The notes below the pieces were generated by a model. It made no database searches. It saw nothing but the letters and a program-made list of their open reading frames with translations, and was not told where the DNA came from. Of a stretch of DNA of 64,000 bases, positions 20,335 through 29,993 are shown in pieces. The position numbers and the translations under genes are program-made. Every line of letters starts with the position of its first letter. The stretch's first letter is position 1. Origin of the DNA: an uncultured Planctomycetaceae bacterium (lineage in GTDB: Bacteria; Planctomycetota; Planctomycetia; Planctomycetales; Planctomycetaceae); the NCBI GenBank assembly GCA_963815195.1, contig CAWFGE010000010.1, positions 320,001-384,000 on the forward strand. The letters are read 5' to 3'.

Positions 20335-20975
20335 GTTTTGCTGTTTTGCTTGACCCAAGCGGTCAAACTCTGCAACCTGTGATTTCAGCATTCGGAGGCC
20401 AGGGGCAGGTTTCCGAAGGAGTTCGAGATGAGTGCCGAGTCGCCTCAGAATGTTGTCCGGTGCGGCCGATTCCGGTTTGGCTCGCGCGGTTGGGGATTTT
20501 TGGCGCTGTGGTTCTGTTCGTGTTCGTGCAACTATTTGGGGGAGCAACGCTTTCGCTTGAATCGCAGGCGGGAGGCCACGTTTGAAAATCTTGGCGACAA
20601 GAGGCGAAGCAATCACGGCGACGGCTGGCGCGGCGATGAGACGTTCCGCCGCCCCCCCCATTTCTGAGTCGGACACCGTCGCCGAATGTCTCTTCCACAG
20701 AACAGGAGGGTCGCCAATTTCGAGATTTGCGGCGGGCGGCAATTCTGTCTCGCTACCTCGCCGAGCAAAATAACCCCAGGGTCGGATCTCCAAAACGCCG
20801 AGGGCTTTCGGCACGACGAGAACCGCGGAAGCCTGCCGCAGGTGTTTTGTTGCGCTCCGCGGACTTCGTGAGATATGACGTAAGATCAAGGCGCGAACCC
20901 CAAGCCGGCGTTCAATTCCCACCAACTCGAACAGGTCGAAAGCAGAGACGTGCGAGAACCGGAGTCCCCCCACTC

Positions 20976-21353
20976 ATGATCACCAAACTCTTGTGGATTT
21001 TTCTGGCCGGCGGATTGGGAACCTTGGCCCGCTATGGTTTAGCGGGTCTGGTGCAGCGTCTGTCGGACAGCGAACTCCCCTTCGGCACCTTTTCCGTCAA
21101 CTCCCTCGGCTGCCTTTTGTTTGGGCTGGTGTGGGGATTGGCGGGCGAACGCCTCGTGATCAGCGGCGAAACCCGGTTTATCATATTGACCGGATTCATG
21201 GGGGCGTTCACGACCTTTTCGACATTCGCCTTCGAAACCGGGGCAATGCTGCGGGATGCCCAGTGGTGGTACGCGGCCGGCAATCTCCTCGCCCACAATG
21301 TGGTGGGGATCACTGCCGCTTTGCTCGGCATCATGTTGGCCAGACTGTTCTGA
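20976..21353 (+). CDS. crcB: Fluoride efflux channel Fluc/CrcB
   Basis: GGLGTLARY, PFGTFSVN.LGC and TGFMGAFTTFSTF. Confidence 0.95.
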   Translation: MITKLLWIFLAGGLGTLARYGLAGLVQRLSDSELPFGTFSVNSLGCLLFGLVWGLAGERLVISGETRFIILTGFMGAFTTFSTFAFETGAMLRDAQWWYAAGNLLAHNVVGITAALLGIMLARLF

Positions 21354-21372
21354 TAACCATGCGAGGTGTGAA

Positions 21373-21738
21373 ATGGAACTGCCCGAAGAAGCGGAACTGT
21401 TGCGAATCTTCATTGGGGAATGCGACCGCTCCCACGGCCGGCCGCTTTACGAAGTGATCGTCGAGGAAGCCCGCAAAAAGGGATTGGCGGGAGCCACGGT
21501 CTTAAGAGCCACGCTGGGATTCGGCGCGCACAGCCGGGTTCACACGGCCAAGGTGCTCAGGCTTTCCGAGGACTTGCCGATTGTGATCGAGATCATAGAT
21601 AAACCCGAGCGGATCGCCGCCTTTCTTCCGGATCTCGACCAGTTGATGGACGAAGGCCTTGTCACGCTGGAAAAAGTGCGGGTCATCACCTATCGGCACA
21701 GTCAATCCAAACTGAACGAAGCCGGTCCGGCGACGTGA
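21373..21738 (+). CDS. DUF190 (PII-like) protein, usual crcB partner
   Basis: [18 protein letters not shown] and [20 protein letters not shown]. Confidence 0.9.
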   Translation: MELPEEAELLRIFIGECDRSHGRPLYEVIVEEARKKGLAGATVLRATLGFGAHSRVHTAKVLRLSEDLPIVIEIIDKPERIAAFLPDLDQLMDEGLVTLEKVRVITYRHSQSKLNEAGPAT

Positions 21739-21832
21739 AACACAGATCGTTGCGCACGACGTGATCTGTCGGGCGGCGGCATCGATCACGTCAACTCCTC
21801 GATTCCCATTCATTTGCAGGGAAAACACGATC

Positions 21833-22035
21833 ATGCTCATCAAGCACATTACCGCTTCGGAAGTTCTCGATTCCCGCGGGAATCCCACGGTGGAAGGTTG
21901 CGTCATTCTCGAAGGCGGCGCGGTCGGTTCGGCCATCGCCCCCCCGGCGCCTCGACCGGGGAACGGGAAGCCTTTGAATTGCGGGACGGCGATGAAACGC
22001 GCTACGGCGCAAAGGCGTGAGGAAAGCCATCGAGC
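21833..22035 (+). pseudogene. eno: Enolase N-terminal fragment
   Basis: [12 protein letters not shown], then in a shifted frame [20 protein letters not shown]; the rest of the gene is absent. Confidence 0.85.
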
Positions 22036-22049
22036 CTGTGGAGAAGCAC

Positions 22050-22177
22050 ATCGCACCGGCAACACCAAGACGACAACAGCCTTGGAAATTCATGTGTGGT
22101 TAGACGAGAAGACCTATGAAAAAGGCCGAAAAGTCACAGACGCAGAACTCGCCAAGGGCGTAGCCAAAATCCGGTAA
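22050..22177 (+). mobile_element. ISAzo13-family transposase C-terminal remnant
   Basis: [31 protein letters not shown] resembles the ISAzo13 C-terminal pattern (T.T.GL.....LD...Y..G.KV.D.E), recognised from memory. Confidence 0.65.
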
Positions 22178-22212
22178 CTTATTTCCGCGCGGTTCCTTGG
22201 TCATTGGGATTT

Positions 22213-22842
22213 CTAATATCCGGTGGCTTTGAGGTATTGAATGCCGGCGGCCATCACGGCGGTGCATTGGATGGCTTCGAGGATCGCTTCATCTGAGACG
22301 CCGAGTTTGCGAGCCTTATCCACGTGGCCGCTCACGCAGGGCTGGCAGGCATTGAGGTCGCTGATGGCGATGTTGATGAGTTCCACGGTGGTCTCGTCGA
22401 GCGAGGTGCCGCTGAAAGTGTGGGCCCGCAGACCCACGGGCAGACCCTCGAAAGCATCGCTGCCGCTGAGGCTGCGGAACTTGAAGAACGTGTTGTACAT
22501 GTAATTCGTCGAAGCGACCGCGAGGATCTCCGCCGCCTGGTCTTCGCCGATGTCGAACTGTTTCGCGCGTTCGACAAAATAATCCGTCCAAATCTCGCTG
22601 CCCAGGAGCGCGGAGACGGCGAGGGCGATCACGGTGCGGGTCTTGGCGTCGAGGTGGCCTTCGCCGTGCACGAACTTTTTGAAGTTCATGTAGAAGTCCT
22701 GCAGGAACGCCGGCACCCGGCCGTAGGCCAGAAACGCTCCAGGTACCGTGTCGGTTCCCAAGAGTTCCTTGATCCGCTCGTAAGTGCGGGCGGTCTTGTC
22801 GTCGGTCACATCGGCTTCGGAAAGCGGCGTCACGCGAACCAT
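22213..22842 (-). CDS. AhpD-like carboxymuconolactone decarboxylase family protein
   Basis: ELINIAISDLNACQPCVSGH CxxC motif; directly downstream of a peroxiredoxin. Confidence 0.85.
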   Translation of the reverse strand: MVRVTPLSEADVTDDKTARTYERIKELLGTDTVPGAFLAYGRVPAFLQDFYMNFKKFVHGEGHLDAKTRTVIALAVSALLGSEIWTDYFVERAKQFDIGEDQAAEILAVASTNYMYNTFFKFRSLSGSDAFEGLPVGLRAHTFSGTSLDETTVELINIAISDLNACQPCVSGHVDKARKLGVSDEAILEAIQCTAVMAAGIQYLKATGY

Positions 22843-22887
22843 GTTGAAAACCTCCTTCGGAGGAATGACCTATGACCAAAAATCTCT

Positions 22888-23020
22888 TAGCGAGCGGCCA
22901 GCGTAAGCTGGCGGATTCGTTCCGATCGCCTGCATCGGCTTGCGACTTCAGAATTCCGTTAAGATAATTCGCGTGAAAATCGTTGAGGAACATCATGGGG
23001 CTTACGCCCCACGCTCGCCA
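22888..23020. repeat. REP-like doublet (GCGAGCGG..CGTAAGC family; also 8500-8522 and 37864-37969)
   Basis: tagcgagcggccagcgtaagctggc and inverted ggggcttacgccccacgctcgcc. Confidence 0.6.
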
Positions 23021-23038
23021 TTGGTCGTTGGGATTTTG

Positions 23039-23581
23039 CTAGTTGAGGGTCTTCTCGCCCGGTTTCCAGTTGCAGGGGCAGAGCTTGTCGGTTTGGAGCG
23101 CGTCCAACACGCGGAGGACTTCGTCCACGTTCCGGCCCACGCCCAGATCGTGCACCGCCATCCAGCGGACGACGCCATCGGGATCGATCAAATACACGCC
23201 GCGGTAGGCGAGGCCTTTCTCGGCGTCGTACACGTCGAAGGCTTCCGAAAGCTTGTGTGCCGTGTCGGCGAGCATGGGGTAGCGGAGCTTCTGCAAGTCC
23301 TCGTGCGAATCGCACCAGCCTTTGTGGGTGTATTCGCTGTCCGTGCTGGCGGTGAGCACCACGCATTCGCGGTCTTCAAATTCGTCAAGCGATTTGTTGA
23401 AGGACACGATCTCGGTCGGGCAGACGAATGTGAAGTCGCGGGGATAGAAAAACAGGCACACCCATTTGCCTTTGTAATCCTCGAGCGAGATCCGCCGGAA
23501 CTGCTCTTCGCTGCCATCCTTGGTGCGGTCGTAGGCTTGAACGGGAACATTCGGAGCGGGTTGGCCAACATGAACGGTCAT
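23039..23581 (-). CDS. ahpC: 2-Cys peroxiredoxin (AhpC/Prx1)
   Basis: FFYPRDFTFVCPTEI, GRNVDEVLR and LCPCNWKPG. Confidence 0.93.
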   Translation of the reverse strand: MTVHVGQPAPNVPVQAYDRTKDGSEEQFRRISLEDYKGKWVCLFFYPRDFTFVCPTEIVSFNKSLDEFEDRECVVLTASTDSEYTHKGWCDSHEDLQKLRYPMLADTAHKLSEAFDVYDAEKGLAYRGVYLIDPDGVVRWMAVHDLGVGRNVDEVLRVLDALQTDKLCPCNWKPGEKTLN

Positions 23582-23889
23582 CGGGGATGTGTCTCCAGTG
23601 TTGAATGTTTATGGGTTGATATCACAGGGCTTTCACGAAATCCCAGAACACAGCGGCATTGAAGGAAGTATATCGCACGCGCTTCATGAGGCAAGGCAGC
23701 GGCGGACGCCGGCCTCGGGAAAAGCCTTTCGCAAAAGCTTTTGCATAGAGACAAACCACAGACATTCCGCATTCCGCGGTTGACCTCGCGCGCTTCGGCC
23801 TGCACAATCGACTTGTTGGCAAGTCCCTGGAAACTTGTTCCGAAAATACAAGTCACGAAATCCATCGTTCGATGGGAAAGGAGATCCCG

Positions 23890-24789
23890 ATGCAGCCCAG
23901 GCCGATGCAGATTCTCATGGGGTTCGCAATCTTGATGGGGGCGAACGTTTTGGCCCAGGACGATCTTCCCAAAATCCGCAAAATCACGCCCAATTCGATT
24001 CGAATCGAGCCCTTGACGAAAGACGCAACGGGAGGTTGGATCACCCTCGGGGAATTCTCCGAAATCGGCTCGCCCGCCATCTCCCCGGACAGCGAGACGG
24101 TGGCCTTCGACGGGCACGAGAAAGGTTATGGCAACAGCCCGGGGGAAATCTGGATCGCCCGCCGGGACGGATCGAAACTGCACAAACTGGTGGCCGGCGT
24201 AACGCCGCGCTGGTCGCCCGACGGGTCGAAGATTCTTTTCACCCGAAAGGATACCCAAGGGGTTTCCCAAGTGCGCGTCATCAACGCAGATGGGACCGGT
24301 GAAAAACAATTGTGTGAAGGAAGCTGGCCCGATTGGTCGCCCGACGGCAAGCTGATCGTCTTTTCCCGCGATGGAAAACCGGGCGGCGGGGCCAAAGTGC
24401 TGTCGCGAATCTATCTCGCCAAGAGCGATGGAACCGAGCCGAAGGCGCTCGCGGCCGGCGATTGCCCGAGCTGGTCGCCCGACGGAAAACGCATCGCCTG
24501 CTGCTATCGGGACCCGGCAATGCCCGCACCGGCGATTCGCATCGTCGATTTGACCAATGGCCGGGAACACTTCGCCGGGTACGGCTGGTATCGGCCCAAC
24601 TGGAGTTCGGACAGCCAATTTGTGGTCGCGAACAGCACCGTCGCGCCCCGGCAAACCTGGATCGTGGAGTTCAACGCCATCGTGAAAACGGCCCCCAAAC
24701 CGATTCATACAGATTTCGAGCGGCCCTTTTCCCCGGACCGCTCCCGCGACGGCAAATACAGCGTTTTTGTCGCACGCAAACCCGAATAG
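23890..24789 (+). CDS. Secreted TolB-like / PD40 beta-propeller protein
   Basis: Signal peptide; repeated P.WSPDG motifs. Confidence 0.85.
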   Translation: MQPRPMQILMGFAILMGANVLAQDDLPKIRKITPNSIRIEPLTKDATGGWITLGEFSEIGSPAISPDSETVAFDGHEKGYGNSPGEIWIARRDGSKLHKLVAGVTPRWSPDGSKILFTRKDTQGVSQVRVINADGTGEKQLCEGSWPDWSPDGKLIVFSRDGKPGGGAKVLSRIYLAKSDGTEPKALAAGDCPSWSPDGKRIACCYRDPAMPAPAIRIVDLTNGREHFAGYGWYRPNWSSDSQFVVANSTVAPRQTWIVEFNAIVKTAPKPIHTDFERPFSPDRSRDGKYSVFVARKPE

Positions 24790-24844
24790 ACGATCATGAG
24801 CGGAACGGCGCTAGCCGCCGGTCTTGTCTGCAAGCGTTTTTCCG

Positions 24845-26281
24845 TCACGGATGCAACAGCACGTAAACAATCGCCAGCACGAGCTGCACCAAGGCGAAGG
24901 GGACGGCTTTGGCGACGAAGCCCATGAACGTCAGCGGGAGTTCCTGGCGGTGGATAATCGTCATCGCGACCACGGTGGACGCCGAGCCGATCGGTGTGAT
25001 GTTCCCGCCCAGGTTCGCCCCGAAGATCACGCACCACCAGTAAGCCGAATCGCCGGGCGTGCCCATCGCGGCGAGGATTTTCGCGAGCATCGCCGCCAGC
25101 GGGATGTTGTCCGTCACCGAACTGGCGAGCGCCGAACATCCCAAAAGCACGCCGGAATCCGCGGGAGCCGGGATTTTTAAGAGGGCCGCGATGCCCCGCC
25201 CGATGAGCGCGAGCACCTGGGCGTGCTCCATCACGTTGATCACGACAAACAAGGCCGCGAAGAAGGCGAGCAAATCCCAATCGACCGCGGCATAAAACTT
25301 GTCCACTTCGCCCTTATAAGCCAACAGCACCACGCCCGCGAAAAAGAGCGCAACAAAGCCCATCCCCAATCGGTCCAAGCCCCAAGGCAACGCCGACTGC
25401 GCGGAAAGAGCCGCGATAAACGCGACCAAAGCCCCCACGGAAAACCAGAAGAACTTTGCGCTCGGGATGTTTTCGGTTTCGCTGAAGCCCGCGACTTCCC
25501 GGCGGGCTTCTTCGCGCTCCTCGTCGGTTTTGAGGCCGTGAATCCCAAACAGGATTTTTCCCATAAACAAGGTCGCGGCGGTGGCGACGACCACGTAAGG
25601 GGCCGCGTACAAAAAGAAATCCACAAACCCAATGCCTGCGGTGTTCCCCACGATGATGTTGGGCACGCTGCTGATGAGCGTGAGCAATCCGCCCACGTTG
25701 GTCAAGAGCCCTTCGATCAACAAAAAACCCAGGAGCAATTCCGGCCGGCGGAGTTTTTTGAGCGAAACCGTGGTCAGACTGCCGATGATAATCATCGCCG
25801 TCACGTTGTTGAGCACGGCGGAGAACAGCACCGTCAACAAACCGTAAGCAATCAACAGTCGCCAGGGATCGCCGCCGGATTTTTTGGTGAGCTTGATCGC
25901 CATCCAGGTAAACACCCCGGACCGGCTCGTGACTTCCACAAACAGGCTCGCCCCCAGGATGATCGTGATCACGCTCCAATCGATCGCGGGAATATACACC
26001 GGCAGCGGAATGTGCTCGGCGTGCTCATGGACCACGTGCTCGGCGAGGTCGTAGCTTCCGGGCAACAACACCTCGCCGAAGGAGAGAATGTTGATCAGCG
26101 TCGCCAGCAGCAGGCACAGCCCAGCAAAGGTGCCCACGATGATCGACTTTCGGGCGTGGAGCTTTTCTTCCATCGCGAGCCCGGCGATCATCAGCACGAG
26201 GATCACGAGAAACAGCCACGTCACCCAGCCCGGCACCACATGAGCCGAACCCCCTGCAGCCAATAGCATCCATCCCGTCAT
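24845..26281 (-). CDS. ArsB/NhaD (IT superfamily) ion transporter
   Basis: SAVLNNVTA, NVGGLLTLISSVPNII, SSVTDNIP and GANLGGNITPIGSAS; many TM helices. Confidence 0.88.
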   Translation of the reverse strand: MTGWMLLAAGGSAHVVPGWVTWLFLVILVLMIAGLAMEEKLHARKSIIVGTFAGLCLLLATLINILSFGEVLLPGSYDLAEHVVHEHAEHIPLPVYIPAIDWSVITIILGASLFVEVTSRSGVFTWMAIKLTKKSGGDPWRLLIAYGLLTVLFSAVLNNVTAMIIIGSLTTVSLKKLRRPELLLGFLLIEGLLTNVGGLLTLISSVPNIIVGNTAGIGFVDFFLYAAPYVVVATAATLFMGKILFGIHGLKTDEEREEARREVAGFSETENIPSAKFFWFSVGALVAFIAALSAQSALPWGLDRLGMGFVALFFAGVVLLAYKGEVDKFYAAVDWDLLAFFAALFVVINVMEHAQVLALIGRGIAALLKIPAPADSGVLLGCSALASSVTDNIPLAAMLAKILAAMGTPGDSAYWWCVIFGANLGGNITPIGSASTVVAMTIIHRQELPLTFMGFVAKAVPFALVQLVLAIVYVLLHP

Positions 26282-26522
26282 GGTTTCTTTTCTTTGTGAG
26301 AAAGGGCAAAGTGTTGAAATGAGATTAGAGAATCGAGGTTAGTAGTTTGAAAGGCGATCACGTTTTTTGGTTCATTTGGATAATCAGGGGGCAACGACCT
26401 ACGGCGGTGTTAAAGATCTTGTGCGCACTCTTTCACCTCCCCTGGGGGAGGTGGAATCCATCCTCTATTCTCTATCCTCACTTGATGGCGCAGGCCAATA
26501 CTCGGCCGGAACAGGCTTCCAT

Positions 26523-27389
26523 TCAAAGGAGCAACATCGCCACGCCGATCAGTTCCACGCTGAGCGAATACGCCATGCCGTGCATCGCGAGTTGGTCGGC
26601 ATCTTTGGTGTTGGCGACCAAGAGATCGATGTCGTGCTCTTGGACGAGTTTGCGATACAGCGCCAACCGATGCCCGCGTTCGACATGAGCATGAAATTCA
26701 AGCGGGACGCCGTGCTCTTGGAGTTCTGCAATGCAGGTGTCGATAAAATCCGAGGCGTCTCTGAGCAGCCGGCGGTCGATTTGCTCCCGCGCTGCTTCGG
26801 TGTCGATCTCCGGGATCTGGGCAATGGCCCGCATGTAGCGATGAAACACCAGATCGTCTTCGACGTGGCACAACCAAAGATCGCCGTGCCCGTCGAGTTG
26901 CCGGCCGCAGCAGCGGACGCCGTAATTCACCAAAGCATGTTCGCCCTGAATGTGATCGGTGACGACCATCACCCGGTCGCAGACGCGGCCGTCCAGCGGC
27001 ACGGGGACCGCCGCCGTGCCCGGCAACACCAACACCGGGATCGACGTCGCCTGCGTGAGCACGTCGAGATAGACGCCCAGGCTGTGCTGCGGCACGAAGG
27101 ATTTTTCCTGGAGATGCCGAAAGGTCACGATCAAGTCCGTCTGCACGTCATTCAAACAGTCCAACAGCTCGGCGACGTTGTGGTAATCGTTTTCAGTGAG
27201 AAACCGCCAATCCGTGACGCTCTGCAATCGGGGCATGAAGGCAAGCAGCGATTTTCTCAAAGCCTCGGCCTTCGCGGGCGGGCCGTCGGTGATGATCGTC
27301 GCGTGCCGGAGCGGAATCTCCACATAGGCGAACGGCTCCCGCTCGGCCGCCCGGAACATCGATTCAAACTCGTCGATCGGGTGCTTCAT
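26523..27389 (-). CDS. Tandem universal-stress-protein-like protein
   Basis: DLIVTFRHL, IPVLVLP, LWLCHVED and DIDLLVANTKD; upstream of the transporter on the same strand. Confidence 0.7.
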   Translation of the reverse strand: MKHPIDEFESMFRAAEREPFAYVEIPLRHATIITDGPPAKAEALRKSLLAFMPRLQSVTDWRFLTENDYHNVAELLDCLNDVQTDLIVTFRHLQEKSFVPQHSLGVYLDVLTQATSIPVLVLPGTAAVPVPLDGRVCDRVMVVTDHIQGEHALVNYGVRCCGRQLDGHGDLWLCHVEDDLVFHRYMRAIAQIPEIDTEAAREQIDRRLLRDASDFIDTCIAELQEHGVPLEFHAHVERGHRLALYRKLVQEHDIDLLVANTKDADQLAMHGMAYSLSVELIGVAMLLL

Positions 27390-27636
27390 GTCGTTGCCAT
27401 TCCGTTTTAAGCCGGGGGAAATGGACAGGCCGGTTGGCGGCACTATAGCACCTCGGGCCGAACGCATCCAGAAAAACTTTGGACGGGTGGCGCGCCCTGA
27501 GGAACGAAGGGCGTGGTCTTCGTGATCACCACGCGTTTCGGCGAACCGGGTTTCGCGATCCTGGCTTTTCCCAGCATTCCATTCGATAATGGGCCGTTCT
27601 TTTTCTGATGGCTTCTTTTCCAACTGGCAAACCCCG

Positions 27637-28843
27637 ATGAGCACCTTCCGACGGCCCGAAAGCGTCAGCGAGATTCTTTGCGAACTCATTTCCATCCCCA
27701 GCGTGAATCCGATGGGCCGCGATGTTTCGGGGCCGATCTATTTTGAAAGCCGGCTCAGCGATTGGCTGGTCGAGTTCCTCAAGTCTTTCGATGCAAAGCA
27801 TGAGCGAATCGAAGTGGTGCCCGGGCGGGACAACGTGATCGCGAGATATGATTCGCCCGGTGCCGAGTTGACGCTGCTTCTCGACGCCCATCAAGACACC
27901 GTGCCCGTGGAGGGCATGACGATCCCGCCGTTCGACCCGCAGGTCGAGGGCGGCAAAATCACCGGCCGGGGGGCGAGCGATGTCAAAGGCGGCCTGGCGG
28001 CGATGCTGTTCGCGTTTCGCCGGCTGGTGGAAGAGCAACCGCCCGGAGCGGCGAATGTCATCTTGAGCTGCACCTGTGATGAAGAATCCACCACGCTAGG
28101 GCTAACTCATCTCATCCAATGTTGGCAGGAGCCGGGCCGATCGCGGTTCGTCACGAAGCCGCCTGATGGCGCGGTCATCGCCGAGCCGACCGTCTTGGAC
28201 GTGGTCGTGGCCCATCGCGGGGCGACGCGATTGCGGATTCTCACGCACGGCCGAGCCTGCCATAGTTCCGATCCGTCCAAGGGCATCAATGCCATCTACC
28301 GCATGGCCCGCGTGTTGGAATGTCTCGAAGGCTATCACCACGCGCTGCGGGAAACAATCGAGCCACACCCGTTGTGCGGGGGGGCGACACTCAGCGTGGG
28401 CCGCATCACCGGCGGCACGAGCGTCAACATCGTCCCCGACGAGTGCGCCATCGAAGTGGACCGGCGGGTGATTCCCGGCGAAGACCATGCCCGCGTGCTC
28501 AAGGATCTGACGACCTATCTCACCAGCCGCTTGGACTTTGAGATCGAGTTCGAACCGCCCTGGCTCAACGGCCCCGCGCTCAAACAACGACAACAACGCC
28601 TGGCTCGCCGATCCGTTATTGGCTTGCATCGACAACGTCGCCGGTCCGCACCGGGCCGTCGGCGTCCCCTTCGGCACCCACGCCTCCCGCACCAGCGCCG
28701 CGGGCGTCCCGTCGGTTGTCTTCGGCCCCGGTTCCATCGAACAAGCCCACACCAAAGATGAGTTCATCGAGATCGAGCAACTCGAACAAGCCGCCGAGGT
28801 GTATTATCAATTCTGCGCCAACCCGCCGCAGAGGCCCGAATAA
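27637..28843 (+). CDS. M20 family metallopeptidase (ArgE/DapE-like); frameshift near 28580
   Basis: DAHQDTV, GRGASDVKGG, DEE, EPT, and FGPGSIEQAHTKDE in a shifted frame. Confidence 0.9.
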
Positions 28844-28877
28844 TCACGGCAGGGAATCTCCATGATTCAAACGGCGG

Positions 28878-28908
28878 GGTGGCATGCTCATGGCTTTGCA
28901 TGAGCATG
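28878..28908. repeat. REP-like palindrome (GGTGGCATGCTCA family)
   Basis: ggtgg catgctcatg gctttg catgagcatg. Confidence 0.6.
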
Positions 28909-29056
28909 GTTTCCACACGCAAAAATGAACTGAGCGGTTACACGTCTATGCAGATCTTTTTTCGATTCTTAGGAATGAACGTCTCACCAAATCGTTGAAG
29001 CTTGATCTGACAGACCAGACGGGTTTTGTGAAATCCACGTCGTTCGCCGCGGCCCG

Positions 29057-29230
29057 GTGAACGGGAGCGTTCGGAGTGAAGGAGATGAGGAGATCAGGGA
29101 AATAACCGCTGAAATCCGGGCGGAGTGGAGCGAAGAGGACAGACGTAGGCGCTGGTGGGGATCGCAAGAACGGGGAGAGTACGAAATCCCGCTGGTGAAA
29201 TGCAGCGTGGTGCGCGAGGGGGGATTTTGA
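29057..29230 (+). CDS. Putative microprotein (57 aa, GTG start), below the ORF-track cutoff
   Basis: EEIREITAEIRAEWSEEDRRRRWW amphipathic motif; start codon uncertain. Confidence 0.35.
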   Translation: MNGSVRSEGDEEIREITAEIRAEWSEEDRRRRWWGSQERGEYEIPLVKCSVVREGGF

Positions 29231-29360
29231 AGAGTGGAAAGACGTCGGTTTCTATGTATCGCCCCGGGATTGGCCGGGGCTTTTTCGTGCGCGGGGTTTT
29301 CCTGTCAAATACATGTCAAAATGGAATCGACCCGACGCGAAACCCTATAAAACAAGGGGT

Positions 29361-29422
29361 AAAAACAATAAACCCGGAAGTAGTGGGTCCCAGGGGGGCT
29401 AAGGACGCCGACTACTTCCGGG
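29361..29422 (-). terminator. Intrinsic terminator of the candidate sRNA
   Basis: cccggaagtagt/actacttccggg perfect 12-bp stem followed on the minus strand by tttattgttttt. Confidence 0.7.
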
Positions 29423-29648
29423 GGCGATTGGCGGGTTGTGATTGGGAAATGGCAACCGTCCGCATCCTTGCCGACGGCACCACCCCAACAATCTCAAGAC
29501 TTGAGATTGCCACTTTGGGGGAAAGATTCATCCGTTGAAGGGAAATCGGTTCGTCCTTGAACGTCATTCGGCGCCCGGGGGCGTCAACGGTGAATTCCTT
29601 CCTGGAAGTGGTTTCGTGATGTTCTCCCGAGGGTTGTTTGCCTCAGGC
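29361..29648 (-). ncRNA. Candidate CsrB/RsmZ-like small RNA (~290 nt)
   Basis: Promoter TTGACG-N17-TATCTT; four stem-loops presenting GGA; further hairpins; 12-bp terminator stem plus U-rich tail. Confidence 0.6.
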
Positions 29649-29655
29649 GGGCGGG

Positions 29656-29684
29656 AAGATATTGCTTTTGGCGATCACCGTCAA
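29656..29684 (-). promoter_or_regulatory. Sigma70-type promoter
   Basis: -35 TTGACG (29684-29679), 17-nt spacer, -10 TATCTT (29661-29656). Confidence 0.6.
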
Positions 29685-29993
29685 CCCGGAATTTCGACTT
29701 TTTCCGAACACGGGCCAGAAGGGGGGCACGTCAGCTTTTGCGTGCCAAGTCCGCGCCGCGGTGCTCTGCGACGACGGGCGACTCAAGTCCCACCTGCAAA
29801 CCCGCCCCGGCTGCCCCTTCACCCGACGCCCCCGGCCCGCTAAATTGACGCCAGAAAAAAACAAAAGCTGACGTGCCCCCCACCCGGCCGCTCCCGCGTC
29901 CGACCTGTCCAAAGGGGAGGTGAAATCCGTGGCTGATCATCACACAAAAAAGATCATCAGCGTCCGCCCCCGATTCGCCGGAAGAGGCGACTT

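Noticed and set aside
20727..20975. N-terminal extension of CrcB shown in the ORF track
   Set aside because: Fluc homology begins at MITKLL (20976); the extension does not look protein-like.
29489..29509. Perfect palindrome CAATCTCAAG-A-CTTGAGATTG as a transcription-factor operator
   Set aside because: It is extended by CCCCAA/TTGGGG and lies inside the predicted transcript, so it is better read as an RNA hairpin.
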